A DNA stretch of 63,957 nt, counting the filler, from a bacterium (lineage in GTDB: Bacteria; JALSQH01), in the NCBI GenBank assembly GCA_026985515.1. It is 6 parts of 6 records of this genome, joined end to end, with 100 filler letters (N's around TTAATTAATTAA, not from the genome) between each part and the next. Parts side by side here need not be neighbours in the genome. Positions count along the whole stretch, not along the records: positions 1 to 26,880 come from JALSQH010000223.1; 5 more parts are not named here. The stretch is one strand, 5' to 3'. Shown one piece after another: positions 8,133 through 17,742 of this stretch (position 1 is its first letter; each line of letters starts with the position of its first letter). Both the position numbers and the translations under genes were made by a program. Below the pieces are notes generated by a model. That model was not told the DNA's origin. It saw only the letters and a list, made by a program, of their open reading frames with translations, and searched no databases.

Positions 8133-10982
8133 ATGAGGAAAGTGGGTGTGGTATTTGTGTTAATTTTCATAACCTTTCTTGTCTCCTGCAGTGGTGCTGG
8201 TGGAACGAATACAGGAGTGGGAGTTTCTCATGCTCTTATTATTGAGAACAGTGATCAGTTGATAGGTGGTCCCGTTGCTGAAGGAGAGGAGGGGGATATC
8301 CTCATCTACAATAATCTGTCGAGATTTATCATTAAGGTAAGCGATTATCCCTATCCGGTGCCTCTCAGAGGGATGGTTGTTGATGGGGATATTAGAAGAT
8401 TTCCTGGAGAAAGAGGTGAGGATATCATACCAGGTGTGATTTTTTATTATCTCCCCGGTCATTTTGTGAGACCCGCACAGATTGTTGAGTCTTTACCAGA
8501 AATATCTATCCAGGATGATGGTAATTTTTCAGGAGTGGCTGCAGTAAAAGTAACAGGTAAAGATAGATTTTATCCTGATAGTGTAACAGTTTATCCTGAA
8601 AGTATTTCATCCGCAATAAAAAGAGATTTACCTCTTGAGTTCACAGTGGATTACTTTCTTCCACCTGATTCTCCCTGCCTGAGAGTGCTTGTTACTGTTA
8701 AGAATAAAGCTGAAAATGACATCACAATTTATCCTGGAATTCTCCTTCCCCCAGGTCCCGGAAAATCCTTTGCTGGAAATTATGGTTTTACAGGGTACAG
8801 GGTTCCACAGATTATTGATGGGATTTCATACATTGCAAAGGAATTTCAGGGAATAACATTTGGAGTTTATTCTGGTGGAATGGAGAAGGAGCCCTTATCT
8901 CCTGCTTTTGCTCTCACTGAGAACTCCGGGTATTCTTTACTCACAAAGAAGTCTCCATCTGATGTGGTCCCCGCCGGAGAAAGGAGGGCATACTCCTTTG
9001 CTGTCTGCGTTGTTAAAGGATACACTGGGGAACTTTACTCTTTTCTGACAAAAATGGAAGGTGTTGATAGAACCACTGTTTCAGGTTATACATGTTACAC
9101 TTCCGGGAATGATAAAGTTGTGCAGAGTGGGGGAACTTCCAGAAAAGTTTGTGTTACAGAAGAGGAAAGTGAGGAAAATGGGAAAACTTCAAATTCACCC
9201 ATTGATGGTGTGGATATATTTCTTTTAAATAACAGTGGTGAGGTTCTTGCCCACACCCGGAGCGGCAACGATTCGGAAGTTTACTATCAGGCACTTGAAA
9301 CACTTGACAAAACCAGATTATACAGGAAAAGTGAGTGGAAAGGTAAGTATAAATTCACTCTCCCGGGAAATAGGTACAGAATCTGGGCTGTGAGAAATGG
9401 TTTTGAACTTGCAGATACAAATTACCTCAACATTTTTCCTCCTCCCGGTACCCCCGCTGATGAAGGAATTATTGTTGAGCATGCAGATTTTGTTTTTCCG
9501 TGGCCCGTGACACTTGATGTTTTTGCGAAACTTGTCCCTGCTTCACCCACTTCTGCCAGGTTGATTCTGAAGGGAGAGAATCTTTATCCTGTGACAATAA
9601 CAAAGTATCTTGATAGATTCGGATACTCTTACCGGATAAGTGGTGAAAATCTCCGGGTTTTTTACATTGGTCCCGATGGGTATTTGCCAGTTGAGCTTTC
9701 CCCGGGTAAATATACCTATTTTGCTGATAAGGGTATCTTCTATAACACAGTTACAGGGAGCGTGAATATCATTTCAGGTAGTAAGACCCTTCTTTTAAAG
9801 TTCAAGAGAGTTGTCGATTCTCTTAATTATGTTGCAACAGATCCTTTCATAGAGAACCTGTCATGGGGAAACGAATTTGATGAGGAAAGCAGGACAGAAT
9901 CAGTAATTTCTTCCTCCATAGATGGAGGTGTCATTTTTGATTACAACATTTCTCCTGTGACATTTTCCACTGAGCTCCCTGTCCTGTATGGTGATTTCCT
10001 GTACACGCCTTATGGAAATTTCTTTGCATTTCCTCTCTTTGAAGGAGAATTATCTCCAGATTTTATGAGCAATCCAGAGTCCCTCTTTAAACACAGGTCT
10101 TACACTGTTCTTTATGATCTCTCAGATTCATCCTCATACTTTGTAAGGGAAGGTGTGCATATAGACTTCAATACCGGTAAGATTAAGCCCGATGATTTCA
10201 AGAACGATTTTGACATGATGCAGATTTTACCTGTTAAGGATTTGAAAAAGGTTATTCTTGAATGGTTCAGATTACTTCAGGTTTCTCCAGATGGTAAGGA
10301 TGAAAATTTCATTTTTCATCCACTTATTGGAGGTTCCATGAGTTCCTCACCTCTCTTTTCACCTCCTGGACTGGTTGAAACATATATTTACAGTGGTCCT
10401 ACAACTTCTGCAACCCTCGTTAACCAGGAGGAATGCAGGAAATTTAAGGAACTTGACGAAGATATTAATGATTCCCTCTGCATGATGTGGAAGGGGAACT
10501 CGGTGGTAGGAAGGTTTGTTTTCTTCTCATTTTATGTGACGACCTCGGCAGGCAAAAGGGGATTTCCAGGAGAATACGTTGCCGCTTCCTCCGGTGACAG
10601 GATTTATCTCAACTTAACAATTGAAAGTCCAGCGTGGGCTAAATTTGATAAGATTTACATCTTTGATGGGTTACAGGATTATGGATACAGTGTAACTGAT
10701 CCTTTCAGTAAAGCTGTAACTGTGGCTGTTTCTCCTCAAATAGTTCAGGTAGGGTATGAGAATTCAATGAAAAGATATGAATGGAGCGGGGTTATTGAAT
10801 ATCCATTTGCCCTTAACAGTAATGCCGATTCCTGGGTAGTGATCGCTGTAGTGGGAGATAATCCGGCATCCTATTATCCATCTTTAAAACCCTTTGCAAT
10901 ATCCAACCCCGTTTTTATTGATACAGATCTTCAGAGGGGTTACAATCCACCCTGTCCTGGAATGGCCTGTCCCAGCCGGTAG
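8133..10982 (+). CDS. Large lipoprotein, CehA/McbA-like (PHP-domain) architecture with degenerate metal ligands
   Basis: Lipobox LVS|C; N-terminal LIGGPVAEGEEGDILIYN; C-terminal FAISNPVFID; PHP motifs lack His. Confidence 0.6.
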   Translation: MRKVGVVFVLIFITFLVSCSGAGGTNTGVGVSHALIIENSDQLIGGPVAEGEEGDILIYNNLSRFIIKVSDYPYPVPLRGMVVDGDIRRFPGERGEDIIPGVIFYYLPGHFVRPAQIVESLPEISIQDDGNFSGVAAVKVTGKDRFYPDSVTVYPESISSAIKRDLPLEFTVDYFLPPDSPCLRVLVTVKNKAENDITIYPGILLPPGPGKSFAGNYGFTGYRVPQIIDGISYIAKEFQGITFGVYSGGMEKEPLSPAFALTENSGYSLLTKKSPSDVVPAGERRAYSFAVCVVKGYTGELYSFLTKMEGVDRTTVSGYTCYTSGNDKVVQSGGTSRKVCVTEEESEENGKTSNSPIDGVDIFLLNNSGEVLAHTRSGNDSEVYYQALETLDKTRLYRKSEWKGKYKFTLPGNRYRIWAVRNGFELADTNYLNIFPPPGTPADEGIIVEHADFVFPWPVTLDVFAKLVPASPTSARLILKGENLYPVTITKYLDRFGYSYRISGENLRVFYIGPDGYLPVELSPGKYTYFADKGIFYNTVTGSVNIISGSKTLLLKFKRVVDSLNYVATDPFIENLSWGNEFDEESRTESVISSSIDGGVIFDYNISPVTFSTELPVLYGDFLYTPYGNFFAFPLFEGELSPDFMSNPESLFKHRSYTVLYDLSDSSSYFVREGVHIDFNTGKIKPDDFKNDFDMMQILPVKDLKKVILEWFRLLQVSPDGKDENFIFHPLIGGSMSSSPLFSPPGLVETYIYSGPTTSATLVNQEECRKFKELDEDINDSLCMMWKGNSVVGRFVFFSFYVTTSAGKRGFPGEYVAASSGDRIYLNLTIESPAWAKFDKIYIFDGLQDYGYSVTDPFSKAVTVAVSPQIVQVGYENSMKRYEWSGVIEYPFALNSNADSWVVIAVVGDNPASYYPSLKPFAISNPVFIDTDLQRGYNPPCPGMACPSR

Positions 10983-10984
10983 AG

Positions 10985-13900
10985 ATGAGACTGACAAGAT
11001 TGTTAATAGACGGTTTTAAATCTTTTGCTGATCGCACTGAGATTATATTTGAACCAGGTATCACTGCCATAGTGGGTCCCAATGGCAGTGGTAAGAGTAA
11101 CATTGTGGATGCAATCAAGTGGTTGATGGGTGAGAGGAGTGTGAAAAATCTTAGGGGAGGAGTAAGTGATGACCTCATATTTGCCGGCAGCAAGGAAAGA
11201 AAAAGGTCCAATATTGCCATTGTTTCCATGGTGATTGAGGATGGTGAGGGAATTGAAGTTCCAGGTAAGGGACTCTACAGAAGCGTAGAAGTGAAACGGG
11301 TGTTCACAAGGGGTGAGAGGAGTGTCTTTTACATAAACAATGTAAGGGCATTTGAGAGGGAAGTTGAGCAATTCTTTTCGTCATCGGTGAGGTTATCAAG
11401 AAGGTATGCAATTATTGAGCAGAGTGCAGTAGAGGACCTTGCAACCATGACCTCAAGGGATCTTGCAAGGGTAATTGGTGATGCAGCGGACATTGGTGTG
11501 TTTCTTGCAAATAAGGTGAACGCTCAGGCAGAACTGGCTGAGGCGGAAAGCGAACTTGAAAAGATAGAACCTGTTTTGGAAGAGTGGAAGGAGAGAGCGA
11601 GGAGTCTTGCAAGAGAGGTGGAATTGAAGAAAAGGTATCAGGAACTTTCAATTGAACTCAGGAGATTGAAAGTAGGAGTTCTTCTGGAGGAGTATCGAGC
11701 GGTTAAGGGAAATCTGGAAAGGGAGGAGAAGTTTGTTAATGAACTCAGAGGGGAAAAAGATAATCTGAAACTTCTCTATGAAACTCTCCTGGAGGAAAAT
11801 GAAGAGCTTGAAATGAAATTTCGTGAAGTTATCAGAGAGTATGAAGAAGTTGAGGAACAACTTAAAGATGTCAATAACGCGCTTGTTCAGAGGACCACAG
11901 GGGAGAAGCTTGTTGAATCAAAATTAGATACTATTGAAAAAGAGCTTCGAACTACATCTGAAGCCATTGAGAGAATTGCTTCTTCAATTGAAAAAAAGAT
12001 AAGAGATGGGAATAGGATCTCTTCAGAGATAGATGATCTTGGAAAATTTATTGAAAACAGAGAGAAGGAATTAGCAGCGAAAAGGAAAATCCTCGAAAAT
12101 TTGAAAAATGAGATAGATGCAATAGATACAGCAAAGGAAAGAATGCTCGAGTCAATCTATGAGGTGAAGAGGGAGATCGCCCGTCTTGAGGATACTCTTT
12201 ATGGCATGAAAGAGCGAGAGGGGCAATTGAGAAAAGAGAAGAAGAGAAAAGAAGATAAACTCTCGTCTCTGAAGAGTGAAAGGGAAGAATTTAAAAACAG
12301 AATAGAGAAACTTAAACAAGATATTGAGGAGGCAGAAGCAGAAAGGGAGAATCTGGAGGAAGAACTTGGAGTTCTTAAAAAGGAGATAGAGTCGGTTAGA
12401 AAGATTTTGGCTGAAAGGGAAAAGGAGTATTCTGAAAAAGAAATTACCCTCAGAAAAATTGAACTTGAGATTGAGAGGATAAAAAGTGAGGTGGATAATT
12501 ATCAGGATCTCGGTGAGAGTACCGCTGAATTCATAAAATTTGCACGTGATAAGGGATTTGAAGTGATACCAGTGGCAGATTTATTCCCAGGAGAGGAAGA
12601 AAGAGATATTACCTCTTTTTTTGATGTTTCAGATGCAGTGGTGGTCAGGAACATTTCACCATCATTGCTTGTGGATTGGATGAACAGAGATGGAGGCAGA
12701 GTTAAAATTATACAGAATGAAAATGATTTCCTCAGGAGTGAAAGGAATTTCAAACATTTTCAGACAGTGGAAGAGTTTCTGGAGAGCGACGAGGATGGGT
12801 ACACCTCAACGGGCTTCCTTAGAAAGGATGGAATAATATTTCTTGGAGTAAATATTGAAAGCAGTGTGAGGCCTTTCAATCTACGTAGAAGAATAAAAGA
12901 GCTTGAAGTGGAATTGAATCGGGTGAAGAAGGAGCACACTGTTTTGAAGGGAGAGGTAGAAGATTTGAGAGAGAGGCTGGAAAAGAAGATAAAGTCTTAC
13001 GAGAAAACAAAGGAAATGCTGGATACACAAATTCAATCATTAACTGAAATGAGAAGTGCACTGGAGAGGTATGAAGGGAAACTGAACGATGTATCTGCTG
13101 AACTTGAGGCTGTTGAATTCGAAATGGGTGAAATAGAGGAGGAAATAGAGAAGATAGGGAGGAAAAAACTGGAAATTGAGGGGAAACTTGGAAAGGAAAA
13201 GGAAAAACTTGTGGCTCACCGGTCAGACCTTGAGGTTTTAAATGCTGAATTTGAAAAAAAGGAAAAGGAATTCAAAAAGTTGTCTGAAGAGTACAACGAG
13301 GAAAGAATTGCAATTGAAAGAAAGAAGGTTGAGTTAAAAAATTTAAAGGAAAAATATAACGAAACCATGAGGACTCTTGATAGGGATAAAAGAAGGAAGG
13401 AGGAACTTGTAAAAGAAGTTGAGAAACTTGAGAATCAGAGGAGGGAGCTCGAGAAAAAGAAAGAAGAAACAACTCTGGAGATCAGAAAACTGATCAAAAA
13501 GAGGGATGGCATAACTGCAGAAGTGGAAAATCTCAGAGAGAAAAGAAATTCAATAGAGGATGAGCTTAAGAAGAAAAAATCAAAATTAAACAGAGTGCAG
13601 AAGAAGTTGAGTGCTGTGGAGAAGGAACTTGAGGAAAAAAGAAGCAGGCTGGAGGAATTGAATATTTCCCTGAATTCTGTACTTACCAGAATCCAGGATG
13701 AAAGTGGTAAACTGATTGGTGAGGTAATAGATGCTCCTGAGTATCAGCTGGAGATTGAGAAAAATCTGGCTTTAAAGAGAATTGAGGAAATAGAAAGAGA
13801 AATTGAATCACTTGGACCCATCAACAATAAGGCTCCAGATGAGTATGAAAAACTCATGAAGGAAATATCTGAACTGGAAGAAAAGAGAAGAGATGTTGTT

Positions 13901-14401
13901 GCTGCCATTGAGAAACATCAGATGACCATTCAGGAGGTGGAAAGTCAGGCCAGAAAGAAATTTTTCGATGTGATGAAGGAGCTTGAAAAGAATTTCAATG
14001 ACCTTTACTGGTATCTGACCGGTGGAAGTGCCAATTTCATTGCCAGTGAGGCTTCCTCTCTGGAAAATATTGGCGTGGACATAAAACTTTTTCTTCCAGA
14101 CAAAAATATAAGAAGTATTTTTTCCCTTTCGGGGGGAGAAAAGGCTCTCATGTCTATAGCCCTTATCCTGTCAATTTTTAAATACAAAAAGGCACCCTTC
14201 TGCATTCTTGATGAGGTGGATGCACCCCTCGATGCGGCAAATACAGAGAGATTTGGTATTCTTCTCAGAGAACTGTCGAAACAAACGCAATTCATTGTGG
14301 TGACCCACAACCACAAAACCATGGAAATGGCTGATCGTCTTTACGGAGTTTCTATGGAAGATGGAGCTTCAAAGGTTGTATCTGTTTCCCTGAAAAGTTA
14401 A
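10985..14401 (+). CDS. smc: Chromosome segregation protein SMC
   Basis: GFKSF, GPNGSGKSN, long coiled coils, LSGGE, ILDEVDAPLD, VTH. Confidence 0.93.
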   Translation: MRLTRLLIDGFKSFADRTEIIFEPGITAIVGPNGSGKSNIVDAIKWLMGERSVKNLRGGVSDDLIFAGSKERKRSNIAIVSMVIEDGEGIEVPGKGLYRSVEVKRVFTRGERSVFYINNVRAFEREVEQFFSSSVRLSRRYAIIEQSAVEDLATMTSRDLARVIGDAADIGVFLANKVNAQAELAEAESELEKIEPVLEEWKERARSLAREVELKKRYQELSIELRRLKVGVLLEEYRAVKGNLEREEKFVNELRGEKDNLKLLYETLLEENEELEMKFREVIREYEEVEEQLKDVNNALVQRTTGEKLVESKLDTIEKELRTTSEAIERIASSIEKKIRDGNRISSEIDDLGKFIENREKELAAKRKILENLKNEIDAIDTAKERMLESIYEVKREIARLEDTLYGMKEREGQLRKEKKRKEDKLSSLKSEREEFKNRIEKLKQDIEEAEAERENLEEELGVLKKEIESVRKILAEREKEYSEKEITLRKIELEIERIKSEVDNYQDLGESTAEFIKFARDKGFEVIPVADLFPGEEERDITSFFDVSDAVVVRNISPSLLVDWMNRDGGRVKIIQNENDFLRSERNFKHFQTVEEFLESDEDGYTSTGFLRKDGIIFLGVNIESSVRPFNLRRRIKELEVELNRVKKEHTVLKGEVEDLRERLEKKIKSYEKTKEMLDTQIQSLTEMRSALERYEGKLNDVSAELEAVEFEMGEIEEEIEKIGRKKLEIEGKLGKEKEKLVAHRSDLEVLNAEFEKKEKEFKKLSEEYNEERIAIERKKVELKNLKEKYNETMRTLDRDKRRKEELVKEVEKLENQRRELEKKKEETTLEIRKLIKKRDGITAEVENLREKRNSIEDELKKKKSKLNRVQKKLSAVEKELEEKRSRLEELNISLNSVLTRIQDESGKLIGEVIDAPEYQLEIEKNLALKRIEEIEREIESLGPINNKAPDEYEKLMKEISELEEKRRDVVAAIEKHQMTIQEVESQARKKFFDVMKELEKNFNDLYWYLTGGSANFIASEASSLENIGVDIKLFLPDKNIRSIFSLSGGEKALMSIALILSIFKYKKAPFCILDEVDAPLDAANTERFGILLRELSKQTQFIVVTHNHKTMEMADRLYGVSMEDGASKVVSVSLKS

Positions 14402-14415
14402 TACTGGAGGTAAGT

Positions 14416-15519
14416 GTGAAGGAACTTAATTTTCTTGCAGGTGATCCCCTTTACCTTTATTCGGCGGCAGGGGTACTTGTTCTTATTTTAATCCTGATTT
14501 TGATTTTTCTGAGAGTCAGGAGAAAAAAGAAGAAGTTACCTGAAGAACAGAAGGCTGAATTGGAACAACCTGTTACCGAGGTTGAAGAGCGCAGGGTTGA
14601 AGAGAAAGTTGAAGAGGTAAAGCCACGAACAATTAAGGAAGGGCTGGAAAAAACGAGAAGCTCCTTTTTGAGCAGGTTAAACCAGCTTCTCAGGGGAGAA
14701 AAAATTTCTCCTGAAATTTATGAGGAGCTCGAAGCTATTCTCATCACCGCTGATTTTGGAGTGAAAACAACTCAAAAACTCCTTTCCCGTGTTAGAGTTG
14801 AGGCAAAAGAGCGGGGAATAAGTGACCCTGCAGCCCTGAAGAACCTGCTGAAAGAGAAGATCCTTGAAATTTTAAAGTCAGTTCCTCCCCATTCTCTTCC
14901 CGATGTGAAACCTCTTGTGATAATGGTGGTGGGCGTCAATGGTACGGGGAAGACGACCTCAATAGGGAAGCTCGGGAAATACTTCATTGATCAGGGGAAA
15001 AGGGTTGTCTTCGCAGCTGGAGATACCTTCAGAGCTGCTGCCATTGAACAACTTGAAATATGGGCTGAAAGGGTGGGTGCCAGGATTGTTAAGCATCAGG
15101 AAGGAAGTGATGCAGCGGCTGTGTTTTATGATGCCATTGAATCTGCAATCCATCGAGGTGATGATGTTGTGATAGGTGATACTGCAGGGAGACTCCACAC
15201 AAAGGTTAACCTGATGGATGAACTCAGGAAAGTGAAAAGAGTGTCCTCCAGAGCAATGGAGGGGGCTCCTCATGAAATATGGCTTGTTATTGATGCTGTA
15301 ACGGGTCAGAATGCACTGAGGCAGGCTCAGGAGTTCAACAAAACTCTGGGACTTACCGGCATAATTCTCACCAAACTTGATGGTACCGCCAAAGGAGGTA
15401 TTGTGGTGGCAATTGCCGATGAACTCAAGATTCCCATTCTCTATGTGGGGGTTGGAGAGGGGATCGGGGATCTTAAACCCTTTTCCCCTGAAGAATTTGT
15501 GGAAGGATTATTTGAATGA
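14416..15519 (+). CDS. ftsY: Signal recognition particle receptor FtsY with N-terminal TM helix
   Basis: GVNGTGKTT, DTFRAAA, DTAGR, TKLDGTAKGG. Confidence 0.96.
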   Translation: MKELNFLAGDPLYLYSAAGVLVLILILILIFLRVRRKKKKLPEEQKAELEQPVTEVEERRVEEKVEEVKPRTIKEGLEKTRSSFLSRLNQLLRGEKISPEIYEELEAILITADFGVKTTQKLLSRVRVEAKERGISDPAALKNLLKEKILEILKSVPPHSLPDVKPLVIMVVGVNGTGKTTSIGKLGKYFIDQGKRVVFAAGDTFRAAAIEQLEIWAERVGARIVKHQEGSDAAAVFYDAIESAIHRGDDVVIGDTAGRLHTKVNLMDELRKVKRVSSRAMEGAPHEIWLVIDAVTGQNALRQAQEFNKTLGLTGIILTKLDGTAKGGIVVAIADELKIPILYVGVGEGIGDLKPFSPEEFVEGLFE

Positions 15520-15523
15520 GCGA

Positions 15524-15772
15524 TTACTTCCCTGCCGGATTTTTCTGGAATTTCTCTCCCTCAACACTCTCTCTACAGATTTCATCGAAATTTTCGTAGG
15601 TTACTTTTCCTGCGGCTATTTCTCTGAGAGCTGTGACAATATATTTATTGTCAGTCTTTACAAGTGGTTTGGCACCTTCAAGAAGTTGTCTTGCTCTTTT
15701 GGCGGCCAGAATTGTCAGAGCAAATCTATTACTTACCGTCCTGAGAGAATCTTCAACAGTTATTCTTGCCAT
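15524..15772 (-). CDS. rpoZ: RNA polymerase omega subunit
   Basis: [30 protein letters not shown]. Confidence 0.93.
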   Translation of the reverse strand: MARITVEDSLRTVSNRFALTILAAKRARQLLEGAKPLVKTDNKYIVTALREIAAGKVTYENFDEICRESVEGEKFQKNPAGK

Positions 15773-15842
15773 TTTTGTCCTCCTTTTCGCAAAACATTTT
15801 ACAGAATTTCATGAAGAATACAAGATGGTATCTGAAATTCCC

Positions 15843-15871
15843 TTGAAAAAAGAGGAAAAATCTGATATCTT
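15843..15871 (+). promoter_or_regulatory. Putative rimP-nusA operon promoter
   Basis: TTGAAA-N17-TATCTT with extended -10 TG at 15863-15864. Confidence 0.5.
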
Positions 15872-15885
15872 TATAATTGCCACTT

Positions 15886-15916
15886 AAAGGTGGACTCTCG
15901 TAGTCCACCTTTTTTT
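15886..15916 (+). terminator. Leader hairpin with U-tract (attenuator-like) upstream of rimP
   Basis: AAAGGTGGACT-ctcgt-AGTCCACCTTT followed by TTTT; lies between the promoter and the rimP start. Confidence 0.75.
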
Positions 15917-15929
15917 ATATGATGAGGTA

Positions 15930-16418
15930 ATGCAGGTGAGTGAGTTGAAAAAACAGATTGAAGAGAGAGCCTGGGAAGTGGTGGAACCACCCCTTGAAAA
16001 AATGGGGTATGAACTGGTTGATATTGAGTTTTCAAAAGAGGGGAGGAGGAGTTTTCTGAGGATCTTCATAGACAAAAAGGGGGGTGTGACCCTTGATGAT
16101 TGTGTGAATGTGACGAAGTTTATCTCTCCCCTGCTGGAGGTTGAAAATGTTGAGGATCTGATCCCCGGAAGCTACAATCTTGAGGTTTCGTCACCAGGGC
16201 TTTTCAGAGAGCTCAAGCGAGAGAGAGACTATGAGAGATCCATAGGTAAGAGGGTAAAAATTGTAACAGGTGAAAAGATAGAAAACTCCAATACCTTCGT
16301 AGGAATACTTGAGAGAAATGAGGAGGAATATTTTATTTTGAATGTGAAGGGAAAAGAACTGGAGATACCGAAATCGATTGTGGTGAAAATAAATCTTGAA
16401 CCAGATTTAAAAATTTGA
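15930..16418 (+). CDS. rimP: Ribosome maturation factor RimP
   Basis: LRIFIDK.GGVTLDDC, YNLEVSSPG; first gene before nusA. Confidence 0.95.
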   Translation: MQVSELKKQIEERAWEVVEPPLEKMGYELVDIEFSKEGRRSFLRIFIDKKGGVTLDDCVNVTKFISPLLEVENVEDLIPGSYNLEVSSPGLFRELKRERDYERSIGKRVKIVTGEKIENSNTFVGILERNEEEYFILNVKGKELEIPKSIVVKINLEPDLKI

Positions 16419-16434
16419 TTGTCAGGAGGAAGTT

Positions 16435-17742
16435 ATGGGAAGTGAATTTCTAACCGAGATTTCGAGAGTTGCCAAGGAAAAGGGTGTAGATAAAAAAAAG
16501 ATACTGGAAGCCTTTGTTGATGCTATACGAGCAACTTTAAAAAAGAAGTATGGTTATGATGAGGAGGATGTTGAGATTGAGGTCAATGAAGAGACAGGTG
16601 ACATTGAGATAGGTGTTTACAAAGAAGTGGTTGAAAAGGTTACTGATCCCTCAAAAGAAGTGTCACTGGAGGAAGCAAGGAAAATATTTGGAGAGGATGA
16701 GGAAATTGAAGTTGGAGACGAGGTGCTGATACCGATAAGTTTTGAAGACTTTTCGAGAGTTGCCATACAGACTTTAAAGCAGATCTTTGCGCAGAAATTG
16801 AGAGAAGCAGAAGTTGAAGCCATAATGGCAGAATTCAAGGATAGGAAAGGCCAGCTTGTTACTGGATATGTGAGGAGAATCGAGAAGAGAAAGGGGAGAA
16901 AGGGTGGAAATATCATAGTTAACCTTGGAAAGGTTGAAGCTGAGGGTATTCTTCCCGAATCGGAACAGATTCCAAAGGAAGTTTATCAACCCGGTGATAA
17001 AATTAAAGTTCTTTTAAAGGAAATAGATACCAATCCCAGAACAGGGGCACCGAAACTTATCCTTTCCCGTGCTGACCCGGATTTCCTGAAGGAGCTTTTC
17101 AGACTGGAAGTACCTGAAGTTTATGAAGGAATAGTGGAAATAAAGGCTGTTGCAAGGGATGTTGGTGTGAGAGCCAAGGTTGCTGTAAAGAGCAATGATC
17201 CTGATGTTGACCCTGTTGGTGCATGTGTAGGAGTGAGGGGTGCCAGAATTCAGAACATAGTTCAGGAGCTTTCTGGAGAGAAAATTGATATAGTTCTGTG
17301 GTCTGAAGATCCTGCCCAGTTCATAGAAAATGCCCTTGCTCCGGCAGAGATTGTCCAGGTTATAATCGATGAAGAGTCTCATTCAATTGAGGTGGTGGTA
17401 CCTGATGATCAACTATCCCTTGCAATTGGTAGCAAAGGTAGAAATGTGAAACTTGCATCTGAACTGACGGGATGGAATATTGACATAAAGAGTGAGTCTG
17501 AGTATCTTGAAAATGCCAAAAAAGTTAAGGAGGCTTTGAGACAGATAGAGGGGATAACCGATTTTGATGTTGAGTTGCTGTTTCACAGTGGTTATTTCTC
17601 AATAAGCGATGTGGCGAGGTCTGAACCGGAAGAGATTGAGAAAACAACAGGCATAGAGCTTGAGAAGGCAAAGAAATATGTTGAATCTGCTAAAAAACTG
17701 CTGGAATCTGGCGAAAAAGTTGAAGAAAAGCAGGAGGAATAA
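16435..17742 (+). CDS. nusA: Transcription termination/antitermination factor NusA
   Basis: S1/KH domains, DPVGACVGVRGARI, QLSLAIG.KGRNVKLA. Confidence 0.97.
   Translation: MGSEFLTEISRVAKEKGVDKKKILEAFVDAIRATLKKKYGYDEEDVEIEVNEETGDIEIGVYKEVVEKVTDPSKEVSLEEARKIFGEDEEIEVGDEVLIPISFEDFSRVAIQTLKQIFAQKLREAEVEAIMAEFKDRKGQLVTGYVRRIEKRKGRKGGNIIVNLGKVEAEGILPESEQIPKEVYQPGDKIKVLLKEIDTNPRTGAPKLILSRADPDFLKELFRLEVPEVYEGIVEIKAVARDVGVRAKVAVKSNDPDVDPVGACVGVRGARIQNIVQELSGEKIDIVLWSEDPAQFIENALAPAEIVQVIIDEESHSIEVVVPDDQLSLAIGSKGRNVKLASELTGWNIDIKSESEYLENAKKVKEALRQIEGITDFDVELLFHSGYFSISDVARSEPEEIEKTTGIELEKAKKYVESAKKLLESGEKVEEKQEE

Noticed and set aside
10985-14401. Possible Wadjet/JetC or SbcC defence-type SMC
   Set aside because: Canonical Smc head motifs and smc-ftsY context; no jetABD or sbcD neighbours.
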